Source of the DNA: Lingula anatina
Taxonomy: Eukaryota; Animalia; Brachiopoda
Assembly: GCA_051362555.1 (NCBI GenBank)
Contig: CM120643.1
Span: forward strand, 23,192,848-23,256,847
Direction of reading: 5' to 3'
Length of the DNA: 64,000 nt
Positions 26,001 through 40,200 of this stretch are shown in pieces. Under the pieces are notes generated by a model. The model worked only from the letters and a program-made list of their open reading frames with translations. It was not told where the DNA came from and searched no databases. Position 1 is the first letter of the stretch, and each line of letters opens with the position of its first letter. A program made the position numbers and the translations under genes.

Positions 26001-27199
26001 TCTCCAGAAACGGCCATTACAGTCATAGTGCAAATTGTCTATTTTTGGCCTTTCCTGTTTGAACAAACCACTTTTGATAAATACATTTTATGAATTATGC
26101 AAGTGGTAGTTGACATAGTTAAAACGCCTTAGATTTCACTGCATTATTCGGTTACTACACTGCATTATCTCTGCGACAAAAATTAAAGTAAAAGCTGACA
26201 CTTTTAAAATGGCTGGATGACCTAAAAAGTGGCTTAGTCGTTCCCTCACAGAAGTGATTACTAAGTGATACTATTTGAAAAGTTTGCATTAGAAATCTAA
26301 AAAATCCTCATGTCTCCGAAACGAATGGGCAAAACGCATGTTGATTAATCATTTTTAAGTACTGAACATTAGGTTATTTCAGAGTACACAGATTTTTACG
26401 CAGCTTCTAATGAAGGACAATTGTTTATTTTCCATATATCTTAAATAGTGGTCAACCATTTCAGTTTTTTCATTTACCATTGTTTCAATACAAAAGCGAA
26501 GAAGCTGATCATTAAGCGTTTTTCAACTGCTTTCTGGAGAGTGACGCTTTTGCAGTTTAGGCTGACTTTGAGAAATTGCTTCATACAATACCAGATGGAA
26601 CTAGGGTTCGCAATTTTTCCAAGTTTCTTTCCCAAAGTTAAAGATTATAGCACGCCCACGCATTTAAGACGCTAATTTTTACCAGGTGTCACGAAAGAGT
26701 ATTGCCAGGCACGATTAAACATACATAACCTTGGCCTATTGTTCATTGGGGGAGAATAATCGATCTAATCACTGTGGGCGGTGCGCCATTAATTTCAGTT
26801 TAACCATTAATTTCAGTTCTAACCAACGGAATTTCGATGTACATTACAGCGCTGCACTGAATATACTTGGGCGTGGAAAGATTTTCGTTGCATGTTTTTC
26901 TTGTTTGTCTTCTTGCGCTAGAACATATCAACCCTAGATGAATAGTTAAACAGTCTATGCTAGTGCATTCTCTGTTTTTATAAAGCGTAGGCATTGTGCA
27001 CGGCATCGACATACGGGACACGCCTTTAAACGTGCGTTTTCGCAGGTGTTAAGCTGTTCAAGTAGTTTTATAAAATGCCAACATTAGTATTGAGAGGCCA
27101 AATAACATTCTGCCCTAGTAAGTGCAACATCGGGATTGATGTGCTTTGTCTCGCGATTGTTTTTCAAGGGTGTGGTAGCAACGAGGGCATAATAAAACC

Positions 27200-27400
27200 T
27201 TTGAAATGAACTTTGGTCTACATTTTGATACATTTCCCGTTTAGCCGTTGTCCACTTAACATTTTTCATTCCTTTGAAAACCCGTCCAATGTAGTTCCGC
27301 AACTGCGAGCAACATTTTCTGGAGTACCTGGCTGGGCCCTTTGGATTGGCCATGTTTGGCTCCCAAAGAACTGGGATGACAACTCTAACCTCTAAAACAA
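27200..27400 (-). mobile_element. Possible LINE (RTE-like) 3' remnant
   Basis: The minus strand encodes VLWEP and, after a frameshift, KHGQSKG, resembling the LWEPxHGxRxxGRP motif at the C-terminus of RTE-type ORF2. Highly decayed. Confidence 0.3.
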
Positions 27401-28236
27401 GCTCAAACAGGACATCTACCAGTCTATCATCCGTCGGCATCCCTCGCTATTGGCTCCATGAGTGATATGTAGATGTAGTGGGTATTATACAATGCTATCT
27501 AAATGTCGTGTACAGAAAATATTAAAGATATATAATGGAATCAATCAAAGCATTAGATTTATTTTGATACCATTTAGAAACAAACGCGTGTTCTCTTTGT
27601 TCTCAAAAGATCACAGTGCAGGAATGGGATTAATTTGCAAAAGGGTACCATTGGCGTTTTGGTCGCTATGGCGTATATGGTCATTCTTAGAAATCGTTTG
27701 TTTCTATCACACATTTTTATACCTTATCAAAATGAGCTACAAACTATGCAGGCAAACAAACATGTATGTCATCACAAAAGGAAGTGGAATGGACACGACA
27801 TGTGGTAGCAACAGACATGGCTTTGAGGCATTTTCATTTTTAAATAAACCCAAGTGCACTTTTGAGATAGCTACGTTCAACTTATATCTGCTTTGATACT
27901 CATGATACTACATGTATTATACATAATTTTGGTATAGCGGGCTTCAGTGAGTTTTGAATTAAAAACTAACATAACAAATATAATTGCAAAGAAATTTTTT
28001 ATAAATAGATTTGTAAAAAGTCAATACTATGGCGATTTGTCGTAAAGGATGTGTTCAAGCTTATTTTGTCGCTCCAATAAATAAAATATGCTTATCCACA
28101 TTTCAAACTATGTATGTCTTGACGTAATATTATTCCGGTGATAATGTATATATAAGAAACAGCATTATTAACAGTCAGTTTGTCAGTCAAAGCAAACCTA
28201 ATAACATAACTTATATACATAAAAACTGACAAAATA

Positions 28237-31200
28237 TCACGATTGCCTGGTTTGCATAGAAAATAGAATAAGAAACAACACTAACACTGACAGATAATAT
28301 TTTCCAAGAGGTTCCTGAGGATTACAACTATTTGCTGCTGGACAGTCACCAGGTGACTTTTGATTGGCTACCTTGATTGCGTATACCATGGCCCCCATTG
28401 GCCAACCTGAAATACATGAATGTAGTCTAAGTATTAGTTGTTTATAAAACGAGACTAGGAAATTGAAATGACTGTATTATTTTTGCTCATGGCAATAACT
28501 TTGGAACCTCTACGTCAGAAGCTAATAATATTTATATTCAAGATATTGAAAATCACTAGTTAACTGTCACACTATGACGACAAATATTTTACTATTGTAA
28601 AAAAAAAAAACGCCATGAACGCTTAATTTTGCTGAATCAATAGTCTGTTTCTTAGGTGTGTTAGTAATAATCCTTATGAGAAATTTGGTCTCGTGTATAT
28701 TTGGTACTTCTATCTCAGAGGCATGGTTATGTTAATTACCTATAAACTGCCTATCGATGTAATCGTCCACTATAACTTGTGCCCTGTTGGGATCAAATCC
28801 GAAAGATTCTTCCAGCAGCATCGAGAAGTACAGTCCTTCCAAACAGAAGGTCGACACCTCAGACGTGGAGGCGCCCGTCATATTCATGGCAAGAGGTATG
28901 CTCTGAAAAAGGAAAGTATTATAAAACAGTACCAAGGATGAAAGTTGTAAAAGCTGAAAATCCTGAAAATATAGCTTGCAATTTAGACCATATGCAAAAA
29001 TCGATCAAAAACATACTGAAAATCCTGAAAAGTTTCACTCAAGCAGTACCAGCTTTATTAAAAAACAATATATATATATAGCAAACACTACCATATGGCG
29101 AGATGTTCAGGTGGATGAAGGCAACAGGGATAAGGATGCAACTGAACTAATAATGCAATCAGAAATGAAGGTCTGCTCATTTCACTGAAGAAGTATTGTA
29201 CACATACGATATTCAGAAAATTATGTGTACTGATAGTATTTTAAGATTAATTTTTGTGCCTCCTTGTCTTTTAACTTTGATCACTTTGTTGATTTTGAAA
29301 CATCCAGAATTTTCCTACTTATGATTACTCTGACCGTAACAGAAACCCAAAAGTCTACCAATTGGCTGCCAAATAAATAAAACAAAGACTCCTTTTTTGC
29401 AGGAGTTAGCGCAGTGTTTTACGAGGACAGCGTAGAGCGAGCCCCTTTTGTATAAAGTAAAAAAGATACTGCAAATGCCAGCTGCATGTATCTGTGCATG
29501 TGATTGTTATAATAATTTAAAAGTCATTAAACTTGTGTGTGCGTTGTACCTGCTTCCGGTCACGCCAACTCACATTTACGGATGGTAACACGCATGAGTT
29601 TCTTTTATCATAGATAAACTCTTTAGCATATTTTGTAAGGTTGCTTACGCACGTAAATATGGATGGCAAAGATATTTTAACGACAAAAAGTTAGAGAAAC
29701 TTCGCCACAGAGACCAGCTCTACCCTCTGCTCCAACAGACCTCGTTTACAAGAAAAACGACTCCTGTTGGTGAAGATTTTTTCGTCTTAATTAATTAGAC
29801 GTAACGTGACTATACCGACAATGTCCTTCTATTGTGTTATGCATAATCTAACTGTATCTCTCTTTAAAAAAATCAAGTTATCATTCTAACTCTGGAAACG
29901 GCCCTGGTGTTGGGAGCGAGCCTCTCTCATTCTCGTTGCAAGCAAGAATAGATGGCAGGCGTAAGCTGAAAATCCTACATATTCACATCTTAGTTCACCT
30001 TATTTCATGGATTTGTAGTTTGACACCCAAATCCATCACTTAGACCTTTCAACCCACATCACTCTTAGTCGTTTATCCCAATGTTAACCAGATGCTGGAT
30101 GGGCCTCGTTCCCCTTTTCCAAGGAGAACAGGGCGATCTATCCCTTCTCCACAGCTCCGCAAGAATGAAAGCACCACACCAAGAGAGCATTCACATCGAG
30201 AAGAGCCGAGGTCTAGCAAGGCCCAGACCTAAATATGGCGGACCTACATGAAAGGAAGACCGCATAATCCTTTAATGGTTTCTCAGTGACATTCATTGAG
30301 ATTCATTGAGAGACCATCACAGGGTTACGCGGCCTTCCTTTCATGTAGGTCCGCCATATTTAGGTCTCGGCCTTGCTAGACCTCGGCTCTTCTCGATCTT
30401 CTCTAAAATCCGTCTTCTGTTCATTTTTCACTTTCCAGTAATGACAAGAAGTAAACCAGAGAAATAAATTTCAAAAAATGATGGAAATCATAAAGAGTAT
30501 AGGCTTTTAGGTAGTTGACTCTTTAATAGTATAATTATGAGGTTAAATTTTTTACGGTAACAACAGCCGAGAAAACTATTCTGTTCAATTTATGGTGTGC
30601 ATCGGACATTGGTTTTCAAAATAATCACCCATAATCTTTACCTTTTCACAATACGTTAAAGCAGCATTCTGTAAGCTCCTGGCGGTAATGGAGCCATTCG
30701 CTGAAATCACATTTAGTGCCGTTGGAGCGTCAACAAACGCTGCAATTGCGTAAAAGACCATATCTCTTGGAACTTTAGGTTGGTAAATTTGGCCAATGGC
30801 GCAGGGTCGAGGATAGCACCTATCATCTGCGGCCGGCGATGTGTAATGGCGCAGCACTTCCATGCACGCGGTTCCATTGCCTGAGCCTTGGAATTGGAAG
30901 TACCCGGCTCTACTGTTTACGGTCGTGTTCAATAAGTCACCTAAAAAGGACGAAAATGTAGACGGATGTAGAAAGTACATTTAAATAATGTCCTATTAAA
31001 GATGTGGAGCTTATTTATTTTTACCTGGATAGATGTATCAGTGAATTTTGCAAGGATTCATCGGACAACATAAGAATCATTAATACAAAACAAAGATATC
31101 TTCAAAAAAACAAAAAAAAAAAACAAAAAAAAAAAATCAAACTATTTATATGGCGACCAAACGCGACACAAATTGAACAATGACGCAAAGATGGCTATTA

Positions 31201-34200
31201 TGAAAAAGGTATTCACTTGTAAGTATTTGATTATTTCCATGGATTTCTTTGGTTTGCTCATGTAGCAGATATTGTGAATAGATTGGGCTGAAATACAAAA
31301 GTAGTTGTTTCACTGGGAACGAAACTTGGAAGTAAAATTGGGTGAATAAGTGTTCTGTGAAGATGAGCCGGTCCGCCATCACAGCTCCCATCCATCACTG
31401 AAAAAAAATTTGTTTCAGGGGATAAAGTTAAACTACTGGAAACATCCCGCATACTGCCCCGGGTACTAAAACCTTTGTACCTGTCTACGTAATTAACAGC
31501 CGTTATCTCAATATTTTCCAGACACTGTGAAATAAAACAAAAAATTTTTGGTAAAATGATCTAGTAAAAACAGGATGTTTATCAACCATGACACACACAC
31601 GCCCCTATGTTTCTGTCACGCATTTTCCTGTTTTTAGCATCACCTACAAATTTCAACTGACATTGCGACTAGTTTTCTTCCCGTGGATTATTCTTAAAAG
31701 GTCGTTTACCTCTTACGCGTGTATGTTTTTCAAGGCACATCACTTATGTCATCGGCTGCTTATCCTGAAAAGCATTACAGTTTATTAAGTTGTCGGTATG
31801 TTTTTTAAAGAGTTTGTTATGGCGGTGATGTGATAGCCTGTGAAGCGACCTTCAAGTCTCTGTGATGGGGATATAGGCCTTATAAACGACTTTGGTGTTT
31901 CAGATTTTTGAACAAAATCCCAAAATTAACGACTCCCAGTATCCCAGTGTGAAATTAGTTGCCACAAGCCCAGCGTTTGATAACATAAACCGTTTATCCG
32001 CTTATCTACCCGTTCTGTGCGTTCCGTATAAGTCGGAGATTGTCGAGATTGCATCGCTGCCGAAATTATACGCTGTATGTTTGATAAAAAGAACCCGTAA
32101 GGGGGGGGGGGGTCTGTTTGGGTTATCAAACGCTGGGCTTGTGGCAACTAATTTTACGTTGGAGTACTTAATTCGTGGCTGGGGTCGTTAACTTAGAAGG
32201 AGTCCTTAATTCGTGCTCCAAAATGTAAGGCTCGTATTAGCAAACGACAATTATCGTTCATATGAGGCCTGGGATAGAGGATAAAAGAACGTCGGTATAA
32301 GACCGACTTGCGTATGCCTTTGGGGGAGATGAAGTTGGAGAAGGAGAAGCGCAGGTGAACAAACTCTCTGTTGGTGCTTTAAGGTCAGAATACTAAGACC
32401 CCCTTCCCATAGATTTTAGATCGATCTATCCCTGTGGGTAGTCTCACTAGATTACTGTCAGGTTAGCCGGCTTAAGCGTCTGTCCCGCCTACTAAAAGCT
32501 GTAAGGGGGTAATTAACTATGGTGCGCGCTCGGCTGACTGCAATTTAGCGTGAACCCCCAGGGAGTTAGGTCGATCTAAATCTAAATCTCTGGATCGATC
32601 TAAATCTCTGGGAATGCACCCTTAGACCTTCAACCACCATCACTTCCCAGTACCAAGACCGAAACTTATATTCCCTCCATCTGGCTTGTAGATCAAATAC
32701 TGAATCTCATAGACAAAGATTGCGCTTATTCATGCATTTGACAACTGAATTGTTACCTTTTAACATGCAGGGGTTCATTATCCTGCCCCCTTGGTTCGTT
32801 GATGACGATGCCAGAAACTCCCTGACGCGCATTGCAATGTAATTTTCACCATAGTACAAGTAACTGTGTGTGTACAGGGGATAGCTCTGTGAGTCTCCAG
32901 GTATATCAACTTCGAATTTGTTCGCTAGGGGATCAGTCTCGGGAATGAAGGCAATTTGCATAGAGGCCCCGCCCATCTCCATGGTACCCACAGATGAGGA
33001 AAAGGGGCTGAAAGAGAATATATTTCGGATTAACGTACCGGCGTAGCAGATATTGTGAATATAATTAAACCAATCATGATGAATATATATATTTGCAGCA
33101 GTGTGATAATAAATGAAAGCCATCTTCACAAATGTCATAAGATAGATATGAATGACAATTAACCTGTCAAAATGGTAAGGATAATAATGTAAGAAAACTA
33201 CATACCAGACTTGACAGATATAGTTGAATGGACATAGTTTAGAGATGGTTTTTATTTTGAGAAGGGCATACATTTTACACCTGCCTAATTGATAATCTTT
33301 GATAAGCATAAACCGGCGTTGTATCGCCTAATAGTCCAGATATACCAGTACTAAAATCATGCAGAATGCAAGGTTATGATTTGTTATCCATTTTTGTGCA
33401 AAAGGGAGAAGAAATAGCTACTTGTTATTCCACTTTGCATTAATTAACATAAACATAAACCCGAAGTTTATGTAATTTAGAGTGGTACATTGATGACTAC
33501 AAGACTTATCTAAAAGCAAATAAATAATTAAATAGGCCTAAATAACTAGTGAGACCGGTGGTTGAGTTTGCTTAAAAATAAATAAATAAATAAATAAATA
33601 GTGAGACCGGTAGTAGAGATTGTGCCATGATTGCAGCTGTTGCGACAAGCCCAATCCCACTCAACAACCATGAACGCAGTGCCATTTTAAGCAAACAACG
33701 TCTGTTTCTTTTCTATTTGTAGAAAAAAATAATGATTCCTCCATTTTGTTACATTGCTACTTATTTGTTCCTTCATCGTTTTCGTAAATGTTGCAGCATC
33801 TGTAATGGAATGTGCGCTTTGCATGGTTTTCAAATATATTTCACGCTATAATGCTGTTATTTCTTACCTGTTTTTCCCAAAATATTTAATGAGGTAGTTG
33901 GCGCTGATCCACGTGAACATACCCTCCTCTTCCCCCGACAAGATTCGGGCGTCTCCTGCCGAAAACTGGAACGGACACAGGGTTTTGTTGCTGAGAATTT
34001 TTCGAGCCTCGTCAAAAATAGCTTCACCTTTAACTGGGTCGATGAGGCGAAGACCTGTAAGAGAAATCTTCGAATAATCGATGGTCTTAAAAGTTCATAT
34101 CCAAATATTCATTACCTATATTAACTTTATTACTTTTAAGCAAATATCTTTATTAATTTAGGAGCAGTCATATTGTATAATTCTTTAACAGCATACTTAT

Positions 34201-37200
34201 TTGTAATTACATTTCTGTTGTCATTTCCTTCTACCCAGGTAAATGCATACGTTACAATGAATAAAGCTAAAAAGCATATTCGGCGGCGTTACTTTTTTAC
34301 TATTTAGAATGTATACGGGTTTTGAACGATCGTGTGGGAGCAGGCTTGCAGAAGGCAACTGTCTCGAAGTAAACGCTTTGCATTTTAGTATCTTGAATGC
34401 GACAGGTGAGAGAGAAAATTAAACGCAATGAAACCTTTCAGATTGGGACAACAGCAAACAAAAACTCAATGCTGCCACCTATTTCCCTTCATGAGTACAG
34501 CACCACTAGACCCATGGACTTTTCACTGGCAATTCTTTGTTTTTTTTCTGTTATATTTCTATTGTTACATTTAATACGATGGGCACGGACATTGGATATA
34601 CTCATTCTTGGGATTATATGATGTTTGAAACAACTTGTGTGGCTAAGTCCTAAAGTTAGGAAGAAAGCTCTTACAGGTTGCTCTCAATCACAGCGTAGAA
34701 ATTGAACAATTTCAAAAATTCATTATTATGAACATTTTGCTGATTTCAATTTAAAAACAAAATGCCGTAGAGGAAGAGAGAGCAATGAGGTTTACCAGAA
34801 CCAGCCTTTTACAGTCCATATATACGGATGGCGGCCAGATAACACCCTGGGTTTCACCTCTTTACTTTCAGCATGTCCCAGCCGTTTCCAGGATACACGT
34901 ATGCTTATATAGGAGAGAGGTCAGTTTCTAGGGTACTCGAGGCATGAAACCAGATCAAAAAGATGTGATCGATAGCTTATTATCGGGATGGCCATCTATG
35001 GTTTTCTCTGTGAAGTATACGCCTTGTTCTGTAACTGACACATAAAGCTAATAGAGATGAGCTGCTGATCGAAGCAGATTTTGTAATTATCGTGTTTGAG
35101 ATATTTCCGCCCTCAATTTTCATTTCAGTTCCACACAAAACCGCCTGTGCCTACGTTTCCAAAGAGTTCATTTTAGGTCGGATAATTGGCATTTGGTTCC
35201 ATTTACACAGGAATACAAGTTCACGGGTTTTTCACTGACATGTCTGAGCAACCGAACGCTAATCAATTGCCTAAACACTTACCCCCCTCCCCTCCTCCGT
35301 TATTTTAAGAATAATTCGATAAAGATAATATATTTTAATGTGGTCGGTCGCCTGCAGTCAAAAAATTGTGATAATTAGGCTTCAAATCGTAGGCAAAAAG
35401 AAAACATATAGAAATTATTATGACTTTGATTGTAATCAAAATGGTATTACATAGTTAATCAAAGAGTGCACTATTATTAATGACCCGGTTCTTATCTTTA
35501 AGTTATTGCTAATTCTTCAATATTACCTATTCAACGGAGTGTATTCTTTACTTATTTAAAGCCGTAAAAGTCGACTTCAATAAGCAATATCGGTAATCGC
35601 AAGCATTAAAAAGGCCATATGTGAAAATCACGTTCGAAATTTATGGCAGAGTCGATGAAACGCCCGATAAATTGAACATTACGAAATAAAAGCCAAGCTT
35701 GAGCGGTTTTCTCGGAGCGTTTTAACAGACGCGAGAAAGATTTATTGAGCAAACATGCATCCTTAAGATGCAATCTTACAGGGCATTGGTTTCACCCACA
35801 GAAGATAAATTAGCTTTCATATTTGAGCAAATACGAAAACTTTAACCTGGTGGCAAACTCTAATAATTCCTTGGCGTCTTTCTCTGTCACAAGAATGAAA
35901 TATTTGTAAATGATTAGAGCGTAGCAAGGGACGCCGAGAAGCGGAATTATTTTCTGTTCATGGAAGGGGCTTATACTGGCACTCATTCATTTACCAAAAT
36001 TTAATAGTAGAATATAGTGTCATACAATATATATCATGTAGACTGGTAAAGACCAATATTCCATCTTGAAAAGGTAAATATCGTTTTTGCAAAGTTTGGA
36101 CTAGTCGTGTATGCCGTGCATGTAGCATTGGTCACACTCTCCAATTGATCAAGTTGTTTTATTGAAGCATCATTTACAAAAATCGAGAATTTCGTAGTCG
36201 AAAACAACTGGAATGCCTCTGACTGCTTTAAAAGGGTACACGCACGTGTCAGTGTATTGAGAGAAGGAGGTAATATAATAAAGAGTAAGAAAGATTTAGC
36301 CGATATGTAGACCTATCCTGCACGTTTAACCAGAAACACGTGGATCTAGATAACGCGTCCAGAATTGTGAGTAAAACAGTTACCCTGAAAAACAGATCAA
36401 TGGTGCATTACTTACGTCACTCTCCGTACAACTGTGAAAAACAAACCTCACAGAAATGCATTTTCAGATTAATATCTGGTCTTATGTAAAAATTGTAATA
36501 TAACAGTAATCGGAGGGTGAACCGCGAAACAAGGATATGTTCACAGTCACCGTTAGATCTATTTATCTCAGGGAAACAGACAGTATTCTTGGAGGTTGAG
36601 GTCGTTGTCCCTTGTTCAGCTTGTTCCTGGAGGAGAGATCAAACCAGGTAGCACGCCGATTTGTGTTGAAGTAGAAATACGTACCAGGAACAGGATATGA
36701 TAACGTTACTTTTACTTGTAAACTACAAGTGATGTTTATATACATATTGGCTGTGGGATAGGCTACATACACTAGGATAACACGGCTGCAACGTATATTT
36801 CCTCTTTTATTTTGATTTTATTTGTGTTGATTTTTCCCTTTGGTATAGTACAATAAGTTGTTCTTTACACACCTATATAAAATGAGACCGGTTTTCTAGC
36901 CAAACAGCATTGGATTTTATTCCGATTTTTGCAATTATCATTATCATGTGAATGAGACTAAAAAAATTAGGTTTATCTCCTAATAATTTCATTTTACTCT
37001 CTAATGAACCGTGTATCAAAAGTTACAAGTCAACTATCGTCTATGTTTTTTCTTACATTCTTCAATCGCATTACCTATCTAGGTAGACAGGATGTATCTA
37101 AAAACTCATACTATCCAATTTAAACTCATATGTCACACGTGCAAGTCTGGTTGATTTGTAGGTATCCTTTTTGGCGCACCAATACTCTCATTATGATAAA

Positions 37201-40200
37201 TAACGATTTCCCTTGGAAGGTAACAACTGAAACCATGTGTCAACATTGCGAATTGGCAACACATGCCAAGAATAAAAACATACAAGTTAATTAATCAAAT
37301 CATTTTCTTATAAGGTAAGAAGTGTTCACTGTGCGGTGCGTACTTTCTTTTGATAATGAGTTTAGGTTATTGCGGGTTAAGTTTCTTTTTCGCGAGCAGG
37401 GCCGTAGCCTCCGGGGGGGCAGGGGGGGGCAGCTGCCCCCCCTGGAATTTGGAATTTTACACACCACACCCTCCCCCCTCGGTAGCTTCGCCCCCTCGTG
37501 TCCGCTTACTGCCCCCCCCTGGCATTTTGCTCAGGCTACGGCCCTGGCGAGCCTGCTGACAACTTAATTATTGCTGCACCTGTTTATCAAATCCTGATGC
37601 TTAGGGCTCATTCCCAATGAAACAACCGTTCGACGTAGATCGTTCCAACTCCGAGGGTACTCTTGCTGAACACAATCAGATTAACACGCCTCCTCTTGTT
37701 TCCAACGTGCTCGTTTAATCACCAGATTTTCTTTATTAATTCTACTGTTAATCTGATTGCATTCAGCGAGAGTCCCCACGGAGTTGGGTCGATCTATCTA
37801 GTAGGATAGTTTCATTGTGAAGGCACCCTTAGTTGCATTTAAGCCTCTGGGTCACGTGGTGTTTTCTCTCAAGACGTCTGACCACCAGCTCAACACCCTG
37901 GCCGCCTAATACAAAGTAACCTCACTCCGAGATTAAAAAAGCGCAAGGGATACAGACAAACCGTTTACTTCCGGGATTCAATTTAAAAGTCGTTTTAGTT
38001 GGACCGATGGTAGGCGCAGTTTAAGACAATTGGCCTGAAAAGCAAATTAGTGCGGATAAATAAAAGAATTACAGCAGTCTTTATAACAGATAAAGACGAC
38101 ACAGAAAGGTCGCTTGCTAGTTCCTCGACTGTTACTCTACTAAGACAGTCTCCGACAACCTGAAAGTTCAGATATCGATGCCGATCAGTTGAACATAAGT
38201 CACTGACTATATAATACATTTAATAGCCTTAATAGTTTACATATGCTGAACAACGTGTTTACTTAAAGAGGCCAGCTGGTGCTCCATCAAAACACTAACT
38301 GACAATATGTAAACTGTAGTTTGGGGTGATATGATCCGAAAATCATCCGTATACACTTAAGACTGAGTGTTATTCTACACTTCACCTTGCCAGTACCTAC
38401 GATAACACAGTAATCGTGCCCTCGTGGCCAATTAGATAAGTGCACAGAAATTTTATTTAGGGAAACTCTTTTAGGTTACGTTCATCAACAGAACATACAT
38501 CAAGAAGGGGGCGACAGAGGGGTTACTTGTACCCCAGGTTCTTAAGATTATCTTAGACCGCATTCGCAACAGCAGACTAACTAGTCCGCGGATCAAATAT
38601 GGCGATCCACTTAAAAGTTTACCGTCTAATCCCCTATTAGACACTGAATAGATTCCCCGTAAGGATTACGCAACAAGTATTCAAGTGAGTCGGCCATATT
38701 TGTTCCGCGGACTAGTTAGACCGCTGTTGTGAATGTGGCCTAAGACTTATAAGATGCTGACATTTGCTGAGCAAAGAGCCCAAAGAGCGCGTGGAATGTT
38801 TAACCATTCATGTTGATCTGCCCTGACCACCTATAGCTGAAACCTGTAGTAGCTAAAACCCGCAAGCTTTGACATTGTCAGGCTTTTTTTTTCAATATAT
38901 GTAATCCTTTCAATTTGTGGTGGTACATTGTACAATGTACCTTAAGCTAGGATCCAATGTATTTAACCTAGTATTCAAGCTATAGGAAGAGTAATCATTA
39001 TACCGGTGGTTAAAAGCAAGATAACTAAATTACGGCGATTCACATAATCTTAATTTAGATGTACATGTAATGCTCATGTGGTCTCAATTTCAAAGATGCA
39101 TAAAGGGAGATTTAGCATATATTTGTATTAAATTATGAATACTCTCCACACAACATTGGGAATTACGTATTTCTCTTGTTTACCCAGCTAACCAGGGGCA
39201 ACAATATAGGGATCTTCCCAACTGTTAGTACAGCGAATTTCTCAGCCCGCGGACAACAGTTAACACATGTTCTCACTACTTTACAGGTCATGGAGACCGC
39301 AGTGACGCGTTAAATGCATCACAGATAATAGTAACAATCTAAGTATAAATACTATTTCATTTGCATTTGAGGTATATCTTTTCAAATGTGACTGGCATCC
39401 ACCGTGAAAACACGTATATAAATAATTACTTTCACCAAACAGTTGTAATTACACAAATATCTGAAACAATTAAAAGAAAATCTTAAAAGAAATGCGTATC
39501 TAGACAAGTGCAAGACCGGCCTTTTATTTGAGAGGGTTAAGTGTTGTGAGTATCGGGTCGTCGGCGTAATGGACATGACAGGGACGGGGGTGGGGAGTGG
39601 GAGTGTGGGGGGATTAAAAGGGAATAGGGGACCGAACTTACTTTGCACTGCATATCTGCCATGCAATTTAACTAAGATTTGTGCCAAAAGAGACCCAAAT
39701 CTCTGACACAGAAATATACGTTTCCTAATGATAATATGATAGGAAAGATAATACGCCTGTCCATTATTCCTATGAGTGATGGCTATTTAAAACGCATGTC
39801 ATTTTCGCAATTATTCAATTATAAAGAAGAAATGTATGCTTCTCTTATATAATGAGAATATGACAAGGATACAATATCAACCACATCATGTCTGTCAAAT
39901 AATGATTATATAAAACACAAAAGAGATACAAAAATCACAGGATTACAAGGCACCGATCCGGGTCTTATCGGCCCATTATTTTCTAGATTCTAGTGTATGC
40001 TATAGCTAAGACCTGTTTTTAGGATAGTTGTGACGACTGGTTTTATCGCTATAAATATTACATCTGATCACTGGCGGTAGATCTGTACTGTTGTCGATCA
40101 GCTCACCAATAGGAGCATACATGCTTTCTATTAGTCTCTTACACTTTTAGTCGATCATCTCCACCGGTTTATCACACCCCAAGGCTTAAATTTTACGTCC

